This document shows, piece after piece, positions 14,072 through 25,552 of a DNA stretch of 64,000 bases (its first letter is position 1; each line of letters starts with the position of its first letter). Where the stretch lies: positions 253,830,001 to 253,894,000 of the forward strand of contig NC_086097.1 of the NCBI RefSeq assembly GCF_963921235.1, given 5' to 3'. Source of the DNA: Mobula hypostoma. Its lineage: Eukaryota. The translations under genes were made by a program, and so were the position numbers. The notes below the pieces were generated by a model. It saw nothing but the letters and a program-made list of their open reading frames with translations. It searched no databases and was not told the origin of the DNA.

Positions 14072-16425
14072 TCACTATAAGAAGGATGTGGAAGCTTTGG
14101 AAAGGGTACAGAGGAGATTTACCAGGATGCTGCCTGGTTTAGAGAGTATGCATTATGACCAGAGATTAAGGGAGCTAGGACTTTACTCTTTGGAGAGAAG
14201 GAGGATGAGAGGAGACCTGATGGAGGTGTACAAGATAATAAGAGGAATAGATAGAGTGGACAGCCAGCACCTCTTCCCCAGGGCACCACTGCTCAATACA
14301 AGAGGACATGGCTTTAAGGTAAGGGGTGGGAAGTTCAAGGGGGATATTAGAGGAAGGTTTTTTACTCAGAGAGTGTTTGGTGCTTGGAATGCACTGCCTG
14401 AGTCAGTGGTGGAGGCAGATACACTAGTGAAACTTAAGAGACTACAAGACAGGTATATGGAGGAATTTATATGGGGGGTTATATGGGAGGCAGGGTTTGA
14501 GGGTCGGCACAGCATTGTGGGCCGAAGGGCCTGTACTGTGCTGTACTGTTCTATGTTCTGTGTTCTATATCCTGACCTTGGTGAAATTGGATGCCACAGG
14601 GCCATTGGTGGTTGGTGACATTGTCTTCCTACGATTTCAGCCTGAAGTACCAGCTGGGAGCAGGAACATTACGGCTGATGCTTTGTCCCGATGTACACAT
14701 GAAGGGCTGGACAGGGATGAAGAATGGGAGAGTGTTCCTGCCCTGGGAGTGAAGGTCATGTGCCAGTTTGCCATCACGGGGAAGGCAGGGGCAGCATCAA
14801 GTGGTCAATCAATTGGGAGCTTCCGACGACCCCATTCTACAAGCTTACTGTGACCTGACGCTCTGAAGACAAACCAGCTGCCGGAATTGAGTTCTGGGAA
14901 AGTGGCAACTGCTCAGTGAGATGACTCGGCCATTGGTACCACTTGGTCAGCGGTCGAAGAGGGAGACATGGCCCCATTGGAGAAGATGAAACACGCTGCG
15001 GTGCCCCCATTGAGGGAATGGTCCAGATCGGAATTGCGGAACCAGATCCTATACCGGATCACATTGCCTCCAGACTGGCCTCGGCGTTCTTGGCTGGTTC
15101 TGCCTGAGAAGTATTGGAGGATTGTGCTGAAGTCACTTCATGATGATTCTGGCCATTTGGGGGCTGAAAAGACCTTTGGATTTCTCAGAGATCGGTTCTA
15201 CTGGCCCTGAACGAAGCTGGAGGTCGAAGAATGGTGGAGTTGGAGTCGTGCAGCTCCCTTGTCCCACTTGCAGAGTGCAGGGCCCCTTGACCTGGTGTGT
15301 ATGGATTTCCTGTCAACAGAACCAGATGCCAGCAACATGGCAAATGTTCTAGTCTTCAAGGACGACCACACCAGATATGCGCAAGCCTTCCCTACCAAGG
15401 ACCAGAGGGCGTCCACGGTGGCCAAAGTGTTATGGGAGAAGTATTTCATTTATTGTGGCCATCCCAGCAGATGCATAGTGATCAGGGATGGGATTTCGAG
15501 AGTACATGAGTTACTGAGCCTGCTTGAAGTCGAGACATTGAGGACTACGCCTTATCACCTGCGGGGTGATCCCCAGCCTGAGGGGTTTAATCAGACCTTG
15601 CTAGACATGTTCGGAACATTGGAAATTAGCAAGAAGAACAGGTGGAGTCAAAATATTGGACATCTGGTTCACTGCTACAACTGTACACGAAATGAAACTA
15701 CTGGGTACTCACCATGTTATCTGAAGTTTGAATGCAAGGCGAGGTTGCCCATTGACCTTCGTTTTGGGACTGGCGAGGAAGACCTACCACCGAAGACTTA
15801 TCTGAAATGTGTGTCTGATATGAGAAGGGAGCTGAAAAAGGCTTATGAATTAGCTGAGGTCGTGGCTGCTAGGCAGAATCAAGGAAATAAGAGGCGGTAT
15901 GATCAAAAGGTGAGGTTCTTCCGACTCTTTCTGGGAGACCGAATCCTCATAAGGAATTTGGGGCTACCTGGGGAGCACAAGTTGGCTGACTGTGGGGCGG
16001 CTGCGCCCTATGTAGTGGAGAGTTAGATGCCAAACGTACCAGCTTTCTGGGTGAAACCAGAGGATGGGAATGGGCCGGTGAAGATTCTCCATCAGAACCA
16101 ACTTCTGCCTCTGGGACGAGAGCTGTGCGTTGACCCAGAGCCCGACCTGGAGCCTACACCTCGTAAGAGAACTCTGTAGCAACGTGGTGACGACTGCAGG
16201 ACCAACAGCAGGAGAGATTAGACCGGCCCCACCCCTGAATGGGATACAGACTCAGAGGATGAGGAAATGGGGGTGTGGTATATGCTGCCTTTTGCTAACC
16301 CCAGACTGATTGAGGAAGAGATTCCCAACCCTTCTCACGCTGAGTCAGCTGAAATCGGGGGAACTATCTGTGGACAGGCTGAGGTTTCAGCGGGACATGA
16401 AAAGGATGAAGCAGGGCTCAGACAT

Positions 16426-16820
16426 GGGACAGAGGGTTCTGAGTTGCAGGAGGGCACAAGTGGTGGATCAAGGGACAGAGGGGTCCGAGTTGCAGGAGGA
16501 CACGAGTGGTGGACCGAGGGTCAGAGGGATGAAAGGGTCCGAGTTGCAGGAGGGCACAAGTGGTGGATCGAGGGACAGAGGGGTCCGAGTTGCAGGAGGA
16601 CACGAGTGGTGGACCGAGGGTTAGAGGGATGAAAGGGTCCGAGTTGCAGGAGGGCACAAGTGGTGGATCGAGGGACAGAGGGGTCCGAGTTGCAGGAGGA
16701 CACGAGTGGTGGACCGAGCGTCAGAGGGATGGAAGGGTCCGAGTTGCAGGAGGGCACAAGTGGTGGATCGAGGGACAGAGGGGTCCGAGTTGCAGGAGGA
16801 CACGAGTGATGGACCGAGGG
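16426..16820. repeat. 100-bp higher-order tandem repeat, about 4 copies, in the Gypsy post-integrase region
   Basis: gagttgcaggagggcacaag occurs at 16441, 16541, 16641 and 16741; each unit contains two related subunits. Confidence 0.95.
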
Positions 16821-17528
16821 AGGCCTCACCAGGTAGACCAGAATTATCCCAGGGAGTGTCTGAACCTGAAGAAGTAGATGACGGGGTAAGGAGGTCTCAA
16901 AGAATCAGGAGACCACCGGATAGGCTGGCCTATGTAGCACCGGGGGAACAGAATGTGGCGCCTATTGCCTTGGTGAGCTGTGTCACTGTCATTTACAGCT
17001 GGGTTGGAGTTTGTGCTTTGCAGGAAGGGTTGGCAAATTACCTCAATGTCATGAGGACATGACTAACTTTGGTGGGGGGAGAGTGTAACACCCTGGGAAA
17101 GGTTTCACTGCTAATGTAATGGTCTTTCTCTAGAAGCAGTGTTTGGGTGATGGTTAGAGATAACGGGTGCCTTGCAATGTGAGCCATCCAATGAAGGGAG
17201 TGTGTTTTATGCCGTGTGCCTGACACCAGGGTGAGCTGGGTCATTGTTCGGTGGGAGACGGAGGGAGCAGACGCCGGAGAGGAGAGGTTGTAGGAGTGGA
17301 CTCGGAGTGGGTCCCGGAGTCACCAAAGCCCGGGGAAATTGATGGAGGATCGGTGAAAGGGAAACTGAGCTCCAACTTGTGCACATTACACTGTTTCATT
17401 AAAATAGGCCATTTTTTTGTTTTTTCTTTACTAAATTTTAGTAAAATTAAGAATTATAAAGCTAAATAATTTAAGTGTATGTGATGTGTTGTCTGTTATT
17501 TTGTGGTACAGGTTTGTAACAGGGGAAC

Positions 17529-18992
17529 TGTCACAATGGGGCACTGGCAACGGACCCAAATGCAAGACACAGACACTGAAGTACAAGGAACAGGACTTGA
17601 CTAGAGTAGGGACGTGACAAGATTCAGACCAGGAGCAGGGACAAGAATGCAGACTCGGGCTAGGGAAAGCGGGACCAGGACTGGAAACCATGGACTAGGA
17701 GACAAGGCTTGGACTCCGAGCCCAAGACTGGACAAGGACCCAGAACTTGAGTCTTGTCTTGGGCTCAGACCCCAGAACCAGGCAAGGACATGACATGGCT
17801 TCAGGACAGGACGTGGCTGGGGACTAGAGGCCTGAGCTTGGAGACAGGCTGGGGTCTTTGATCTTGAAGCTTGAGGCTGGGGTCTTGGGTCTGGGGTCTT
17901 GAGCTTGGAGCTTGGAGGCCAGCTGGGGTCTTGGGTCTTGAGCTTGGCTGCAGGCTGGGGTCTTGGGTCTTGAGGCTGGAGCTTGCAGGCTGGCTGGGGT
18001 CTTGGGTCTTGAGGCTGGAGCTTGCAGGCTGGCTGGGGTCTTGGGTCTTGGGTCTTGAGGCTGGAGCTTGCAGGCTGGCTGGGGTCTGGGGTCTTGGGTC
18101 TTGGGTCTTGAGCTTGGCTGCAGGCTGGGGTCTTGGGTCTTGGAAAGCGGAGGCTGATAACTCGGAGGCTGGAGCTCGGAGACAGACTGGGCACTGCACA
18201 TCAGAGAGCCGGAACTTGTCCTTCGAAAAGCCGGGACTCATCTTTAACACGACACCAACACGATACTGGACAGTACATAGACACAGAGCCAGGACTTATC
18301 CATAGACAAGCCGGGACTCAACTTTATTTCCACGCCAAGGTGGGACCACCTGTTGGGTAAAGGCAGAACGGCCGGACTTACCCAACAGACGCGAGGACAA
18401 GACAAGACAGATTCCCCCGCAGGGCAATGGCAAAACGGCCTGGCTTACCCCATGGAGGTGAGGACAAGACAAGACAGATGCCCCTGCAGGGCAACGGCAA
18501 AATGGCCTGGCTTAGCCCACAGAGGCGAGGACAAGAAGAGACAAACACCAAAGAACAACAGACAGTTCCATCTCTGCTCTGGGGAAGCTCTGAGTCTCAG
18601 TTCAGCCAGCAACCTCAGCTGGCTGCAGAAACAGCCAGATCCCTACCTAGCTCAGAGTGGCTGGCAGCCACTCAGCTAGCCCAGGAAACAGCCAAGTCCA
18701 TACCGCAAAGACAGATCCAACTACCAACAGTAAGGTTCCATGAAGCAATGACCTAAAGATAGCAAGTGGCCACTCTAGCCTTCCACCAGCAGGTTGCTCC
18801 AAGGGGATCTTGACAAGACAAACCAGCAGCTCACACTCGACCCCAAGGCTACTTATATTTCAAGCCCCAAGATGGGAATCAGGTGCCTATGATTAACTCA
18901 GCCAAACGAGGGACGGCTGGAAGATCCGGAGTCCTGAGTCCACGGACTGGATCATGAACCGGAATGCAGACTTCACGGACCGGACCATGACA
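17529..18992 (-). mobile_element. Long solo LTR (1464 bp) nested in the Gypsy 3' LTR
   Basis: tgtca...tgaca termini; 5-bp TSD ggaac/gtaac with one mismatch; internal GGGTCTT-rich tandem array at about 17845-18140. Confidence 0.82.
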
Positions 18993-19124
18993 GTAACGAA
19001 TCACGCAGCATCCACACAAACAGGGAGTTTGAGGTGAGCTTACATCTCAATCTCACACGCTTGATGGGGCCAGAGATTGTCGTCCCTAGACTTATGCAGC
19101 CGAATGAACCAGAGTGTTTCATAT

Positions 19125-19525
19125 CAATATATATTTATATTTCTTATTGAAATTTATAGATTTTTATTATCATGTATTGTAGTGTACTGCTATCACAGAA
19201 CAACAAATTTCATAACATATGCCAGTGATATGGAACCTGATTCTGATTGACACTTAGCCCACTGCTTGACTCTCCCTACACTCATAACTGCGTGTCTAGG
19301 CACAGCTCATACGCTTTGTATATATTCACTAATGACACTTCTGTTGTTTGGAGAATCTCAGATGGAGGTGATTACGCATACAGGAGTGAGATAGATTGGT
19401 AGGTTGAGTGGTATTGCAACAACAATCTTGGAGTAAGACCAAGGGATTGAGTGTGGACTTCAGGAAGGTGAAATTGGGGAACACACAGCAGTCCTTGTCA
19501 AGGGGTCAGCAGTGGAAAGGGTGAA
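19125..19525 (+). mobile_element. Rex1-type LINE fragments (3' tail, then RT piece)
   Basis: aacaaatttcataacatatgccagtgat...ctgattctga tail, followed by an RT-like segment with aatgacact and gtggacttcagg motifs. Confidence 0.6.
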
Positions 19526-20044
19526 CATGCCATCCAGCATCATTCTGGTGCAAAATATTTCACATTGTCAAGTTTCTAGTTCAAAATGGGAGCTCTCCTT
19601 CGAATCCAGGAAAGGCGATGACCTTCCTTTAGCACCACAAAGATTTTAGTCTGACGGTTATCCTCGAATATTTCTTTAAATCTTCACCAGTTGAAAGCCA
19701 AAGCATGAGGTCACCACAAGGGACCATAAGAACAATGGCTCTTTTGATTTTGAGATCCAATGCCAAGTTAAACAGCCTTCTCACAAACATCTGATACATT
19801 CCACAGTTCACTTCAGCCCAGCTCCAGAAACTCCTGATGCTTTAGAGAATCGTGTGTATCTTTGAAATTTTTCTGCTTCGTCATTTCAATGGTTTGTAAA
19901 AATGCACTGGTGGAGAAATTGATCAGAGAGATCTGATCCATGAGGGCTGGTTTCATCATTGTCTACACACCCTTGTTATCATGTTTGTGAGAAGGCAGAA
20001 TAATGTGAGCCCACAGTCATTTCAGAATCCCTTAGTTTAGCTTG

Positions 20045-20880
20045 CTAGTGGTACAAAAGGCAAAAGGATTGTTAGCATTTATTTTGAGAGGACTGGAATA
20101 TAAAATCGGGGATGGAATGCTGAAGCTTTATAAGACATTGGTCAGACAGTACTTGAAGTATTGTGAGCAGCTTTGGGCATCTGATCTAGGAAAAGATGTG
20201 TTGGTATTGGAGAGGATCCAGATGAGGTTCATAAAAATGATTCCAGGAATGTAGGGCCTAAAGTATGAGGAGCATTTGATGGCTCTGGTCTTGTACTCAA
20301 CAAATTCCACAGATTTACCACCCTCTGGCGAAAGAAAATTCTCCTCATCTCTGTTCTAAATGGATGTCCCTCTATCCTGCAGCCTATGCCGTCTGATCTA
20401 AGACTCCACCTCTGTAGGGAACAGGTTTTCCATATCCACTCTATCTAGGCCTTTCAACATTTGATAGGTTTCAATGAAATCCTCCCTCATTCTTCCGAAT
20501 TCCGGTTAGTACAGACCTAATGCCGTATATATATGAGAAGCCTTTCAATCCCGGAATCATTTTTGTGAATCTCCTTTGAACCCTTTAGAATGTCAGCACA
20601 TCCAAAGTAACACATACAAAACTCAGCAGGTCAGGCGGCACCTATAGAAAAGAAGTGGTCCCAACACAGATCCATGTGAAATACCACTAGTAACTGGCAG
20701 CCAGTCAGAAAAGGCTCCCTTTATTCTCACTCTTTGTCTTCTGCCAATCACCCACTGCTTTATCCATGCTAGAATCTTTCCTGTAATACCATGGGCTCTT
20801 AACTAGTTGATCAGCCTCATGTGTGGCACTTTGTCAAAGGACTTCTGAGAATCCAAATAAACAACATCAGCTGACTCTCC
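20045..20880. mobile_element. Old CR1 fragments on both strands plus a short Penelope-end remnant at about 20605-20655
   Basis: LKLYKTLVRQYLKYC on plus; reverse-complement CR1 3' and RT pieces; actcagcaggtcaggcggca. Confidence 0.7.
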
Positions 20881-21461
20881 TCTTTGTGCATAACACCTAC
20901 CTTTAGTAAAACTATCTACATTTCACAGCCAGCTGATTTTTGTGAGCCAGCTTCATTTCTTCCAGGCACTGAGCTGAAGTAATTTTCATCTTTGTTAATA
21001 TCTGCAAGTCATATTATGAAACTGGATGTTTTAAATAGCAGAAAGAAATCATCACGACTGCATACTTTATACAGTCGTCTTTTTCTGTTTAAAAGCAGGA
21101 AAACTGTGATGCTCCGATCAACCAGTAAGGACAATTTACTCTTACCAGATGCTCCATTGTCGAAAGCTTATTGTTGGGTGAGGTGTAAATGACTCCTCGC
21201 CTCCTTGTGGAGACCCAGTGTGGGACTGTCGCAATTCGAATTTCCAATCTTGTTTACAACCTTCCCTGCTTCTAACATAGACCTTATTCAAGGAAGATAT
21301 TTCTAAAAATAGCCTATTTTTCATTGGCAGTGTTTTAAAGATCAAATGGACAGCCAGAGTCTTATTTCCCAGGGCGGAAATGAGGGGGCATAATTTTAAG
21401 GTGATGGAGGAAAGTATAACCACACGAGATTGGAAATCCTCCCCACATAAACTCCCCACAT

Positions 21462-21536
21462 AATCTCAGCAGGTCAGGCAGCATGCACGGAGAGGAATAA
21501 AGAGCCGACATTTCGGGCTGAGACCCTTCATCAGGA
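21462..21536 (-). mobile_element. Penelope terminal fragment with hammerhead core, within a CR1 3' fragment (about 21340-21800)
   Basis: Minus strand reads cctgatgaagggtctcagcccgaaatgtc. Confidence 0.7.
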
Positions 21537-22829
21537 TTACATAAGGAATGTATGGGGGACGTCAGGGGCCGGGCATTTAAACAGAGAGCGGTGCGTGCGT
21601 GAAATGCTTTGCCAGGAGCGATGGAAGAGGCGGATACAATACGAACAATTAAGAAACTCTTAGGCATATGGACGAATGAGAAATGGAGGCTATGTAGGAG
21701 GGAAGGGTGAGATTATTCCTAGAGTAGGTAAAGGTCAGCACAACATTGTGGGCCGAAGGGCCTGTGCTGTGTTGTAGTGTTATGTGTTCCTTGTTCTATG
21801 TAGTATGTTGCGTGTTCCTTGTTCTACGTAGTATGTTGCGTGTTCAATGTTCTATGTAGTATGTTATTTTTCCACACGGAGTGTCTCTGGAGTTCTATTG
21901 GCATGTTTGTTTGTTGCTTTCCGTCAACCATGTGAGTTTTGCCTGATTATGTGTGTACATAATAAAGAACTGCAGTTCCCAGTGGGGAGTGTGGGCAGTT
22001 CACCCTGAACCGGAAATGACGTTGGTGAGCTGGTTGCACACGCTGGCGTTGAGCTGAAGCCATGATTGGAGTATCCTGTAAATAAATATGTGCAGGTCTT
22101 TTAAGAGACTTTTCGATAGGTACATGGAGTTTAGAAAAATAGAGGGCTATAGGTAAGCCTAGTAATTTCTAAGGTAGGGACATGTTCGGCACAACTTTGT
22201 GGGCCGAAGGGCCTGTATTGTTCTGTAGGTTTTCTATGTTTTTATGTTTCTAAATCCTGTGAGTTTGGAGATTTGAAAGATTCGCTAATTAGAGACAAAA
22301 TATCTTGAGGAATCCCAGATAATGTTCTCAGACAAAGATTACTCAGTGAAAAAGATTTAGGGCTGGAAAAGGCTGTAGATACATGTAGGTAGGGCAATGT
22401 ACAATCTCAAGCTAAGGAGTTGGACGGGGCAGAAACAATAATGCATGCTGCGAGCACAGAGGACAGAGTGGAAGTCATTTGGCAAAGCAACAGCATAGCA
22501 AAGAGGTATGCTCAGACAGCAAAGGCAGCAAACGTGGAGGCTGGCACATTCCAAGGTGTGTCCTGCTTATGGAAAGCCCTGCATTAATTGTGGGAAGAGC
22601 AATCATTTCACAAAGTGCTGCAAAGCTGGGGTTACCAAGAAAATAGTGCACACAAGTTGCTGAGGAAATGGAGGAGGTCATTGTAGATTCTCTACAGACT
22701 ATGAGTGCTGGTAAAACAGAATGGATGGTTCCAGTGACTGTGAATGAGGCAGTAATTCCATTCAAGCTTAACACTAGAGCCCAGTGTATCTGTTGCCCAT
22801 TGATGCCTACAAGACCCTCAAAGTCTTTG

Positions 22830-23108
22830 TGATGGTGCAGTAGCATAGTGGTTAGCACAGTGCTTTACAGTCCAGGTGACCTGGGTTCAATTCCCATCGC
22901 TGTTGTTAAGGAGTTTGTACATTCTCCCCGTGACTGCGTGGGTTTCCTCCGAGTGCTCTGATTTCCTCCCACAGTCCAGCGACGCACTGGTTGGTAGCTT
23001 AATTGCACATTGTACATTGTCCCATGATTAGACCAGGATTAAATGGGGGGGGGGGGTTGAACCGGAAAGTCCTGCTCCATGTTGTATCCCAATAAATAAG
23101 TAAAGTAA
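22830..23108 (+). mobile_element. tRNA-derived V-domain (HE1-like) SINE
   Basis: A box tagcatagtgg, B box ggttcaattcc, V-domain tgcgtgggtttcctccgagtgctctgatttcctcccaca, A-rich tail. Confidence 0.85.
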
Positions 23109-23465
23109 CGAGCAAGTTTTACCCAGTGAAGTTTAAAGTGACAGGCTATACTGGAGAGAGCATTCCAGTGAAAGGGTGTTGTATACAGACCTTTAAGCAC
23201 AAGGGCAGTATCTACAGGCACAGCTTGTGGTTATAGAAAAGACGGTACAGCTAAGATTAGGTGTGAGTGCATGTGAAAAGCTCAGCCCAGGGAATCTAAT
23301 ATTTGCAGTGGCTTCACAGACCAAAGATGACCACACTTCATGGAAGAGTACGGTGATGTCTTTGAGGGGTTTGAATGCTTGATAGATGTAACTCGAGAAA
23401 CTCATAACAGCACCCCTGAGAGCTTCAGGGAAGTTATGCAAGAGAAGCCCAGGACCGCTACCTTC

Positions 23466-24501
23466 TTTCTTTCTTTCTTTTTAAATCTTTTTATTGAGTA
23501 AGTATACAAAAAAGGTAAGCCATATAAACATTAATACAATGTTAAAGTATAATAAAATTCCAAAAGATAACAATACCAAAAAGAAAATACTACAAACAAT
23601 GTAATTTAAGCATAAGAAACCAAGATAACATAATAGTATACTAGATTTTATATATATCAATGGAAAAAAAGAAAAAAAAAACCCCAAAAAAAAAACCCAC
23701 CGTGCAACTAACTAAAAGCAAAGCAAAGCAATGGGCTAACTTGAAACCAAACAGAGTTAAACTTAAAATCACGTCCTCAATCCCGACCTCCATTAAAACA
23801 GTGAAGAGAAAACAAGAAGGGTAAATATTACATTAAATGAAAATATCGAATAAAAGGTCCCCAAATCTGTTCAAATTTAAATGAAGAATCATAAAGGTTA
23901 CTTCTAATTTTCTCCAGATTCAAACATAAAATCGTCTGAGAAAACCAAAAAAAAGGTAGTTGGAGCATTAAGCTCTTTCCAATGTTGTAAAATACATCTT
24001 TTCGCCATTAAAGTAAGAAATGCAATCATTCTACGGGCTGAAGGGGAAAGATTACTAGAAATTTTAGGTAGTCCAAAGATAGCAGTAATAGGGTGAGGAG
24101 AGATATCTATATTTAATACCTTAGAAATAATATTGAAAATATCTCTCCAAAAAGTTTCCAAAGTAGGGCAAGACCAAAACATATGAGTTAAAGAGGCTAT
24201 CTGCCCCGAACATCTATCACAGAAAGGATTAATATGCGAGTAAAAACGCGCTAACTTATCTTTGGACATATGTGCTCTATGAACCACTTTAAATTGAATT
24301 AGGGAATGTTTAGCACAAATAGAGGAAGTATTAACTAATTGTAAAATCTGCCCCCAATCTGTGGGTCTGTGGGTCGCGCCTATTGTCAATCCTCCTTGTT
24401 ATGGGTTGACTTTAGGATTTATGGAGTCTATTATTAATTTTGTCTCCTGGAATACTAATGGTCTTAATCATCCTATTAAAAGGAAAAAAGTTTTTAAAGT
24501 G
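23466..24501 (-). mobile_element. L1-type LINE 3' end with inverted 5' segment
   Basis: Minus strand carries the ORF2 C-terminus (CDRC...THMFWSC), 3' UTR, AATAAA and (GAAA)n tail; 24360-24501 is plus-strand ORF2 start MESIINFVSWNTNGLNHPIKRKKVF; TSD taccttc at 23459-23465 and 24502-24508. Confidence 0.9.
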
Positions 24502-25385
24502 TACCTTCCATAGACATCTGTACCAGCTACTCCAGCAAGACAGTCAATGCTGAACAGAGTGATCATGATGAAGCTGCCACATCATGTAGCTTTGGTTCAA
24601 AATCTGTCTCTCATCGACTTCCAGTTAAAGACTGGACATCTCCACGATCCTCTCCAAGGTTCAAGAGGAAAAATAAAAAGGAAGGTGGGGAGACCACAGA
24701 GTCCCCAAAGTCAGTACAACAGCAACAGTTTAACACAAACCAAAAGCAGGAGTTGCTATCTATGATACACGGAAACAGAAGGAGTTACATGAATTGAGAC
24801 AGAATCAGTTGGAGCTTGTGCAAAGACTCACTGGTCATATGGATGTAGTTTAGGGCTCCATTATGAGGCTCGTGGAGCGAATTATGTTCACACAGCAAGA
24901 ACAAGAACAGCGATGAACAGATAGGATCTTGGCAGAAGGATGTGAAAGAAATGAACATGTTTATCAGAGATTTAACACACCAAATGAAAGCAATACATCT
25001 GTGGAGACAAATAGCAGCCCAAAAAGGATCATTAACCAACATAGAGACTGATTGAAAGTGCGCGAGTGAATCAGGGACTGTATTTCTTCATTACAACTGC
25101 TTAATGCAAATATCTTTGTTGGAAAACATTATTGTTTCTTGCAGGTTTATGAGGACATAGTATTGTCTTTGGTTTTTCTTTAACAGAGTAAGATGTGTGA
25201 TTATGTGTGTACATAATAAAGAACTAAAGTTTCCAGTGGGAATGTGGATGGTTCACTCAGAACAGGAAATGATGTTGTTGAGCTGGTTGCATGTGCTGCT
25301 GTCGGGCTGAAGCCATGATTAGAGTGTCCTGTAACTAAATATGTGCCAGCTTTACCCAAGGTGTTTGTCTTTATTAAGAACAAAA

Positions 25386-25552
25386 GTCATAGGTTTCCTC
25401 CGGGTGCTCTGGTTTCCTCCTGCAGTCCAAAGACATAGGTTAATTGGTCATCGTCAATTGTCCTTTGATTAGGCTAGGATTAAATTGGTGGTTTGCTGGG
25501 CAGCGTGGCTCAGAGGGCTGGAAGGAGCTGTATCTCTAAATAAAAATAAAAT
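25386..25552 (+). mobile_element. V-domain SINE, 3' part
   Basis: ggtttcctccgggtgctctggtttcctcc core; A-rich tail. Confidence 0.75.

Larger units (their letters stand above)
10062..14568 (+). mobile_element. CR1 subfamily A copy inserted in Gypsy pol, itself interrupted twice
   Basis: Collinear segments 10062-10600, 12283-13580 and 14072-14568 match the 683-2822 copy; (TTCTATG)-type tail. Confidence 0.92.
9716..19121 (+). mobile_element. Decayed Gypsy/Ty3 LTR retrotransposon, 3' half (RNase H, integrase, PPT, 3' LTR), with nested insertions
   Basis: RNase H (LTQAPVLAFAD, HTDASSEGLGGVLY, SEKNYP) at 9716-10060 resumes at about 14568 (YILTxxKLDATG); integrase (HDDSGHLG, LVCMDF, TTPYHLRG) at about 15000-16180; PPT ggtggggggagag 17071-17083; LTR tgtaacaccctg (17084) to cagagtgtttca (19121). 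Confidence 0.9.
21944..25382 (+). mobile_element. Old, heavily deleted Gypsy-type LTR element with both LTRs partly retained
   Basis: Diverged direct repeats tgattatgtgtgtacataataaagaact...taaatatgtgc at 21944-22093 and about 25198-25346; gag remnant EFGDLKDSLIRDK...RLLSEKDLGLEKAVDTCR at about 22261-22390; protease-like IPFKLNTRAQ at about 22755-22785. Confidence 0.8.

Noticed and set aside
17601..18305. Pro/Gln-rich repetitive ORFs
   Set aside because: Products of the tandem array inside the solo LTR.
22830..22910. tRNA gene (also 30217-30290)
   Set aside because: The A/B boxes run into SINE body and tail; no full cloverleaf.
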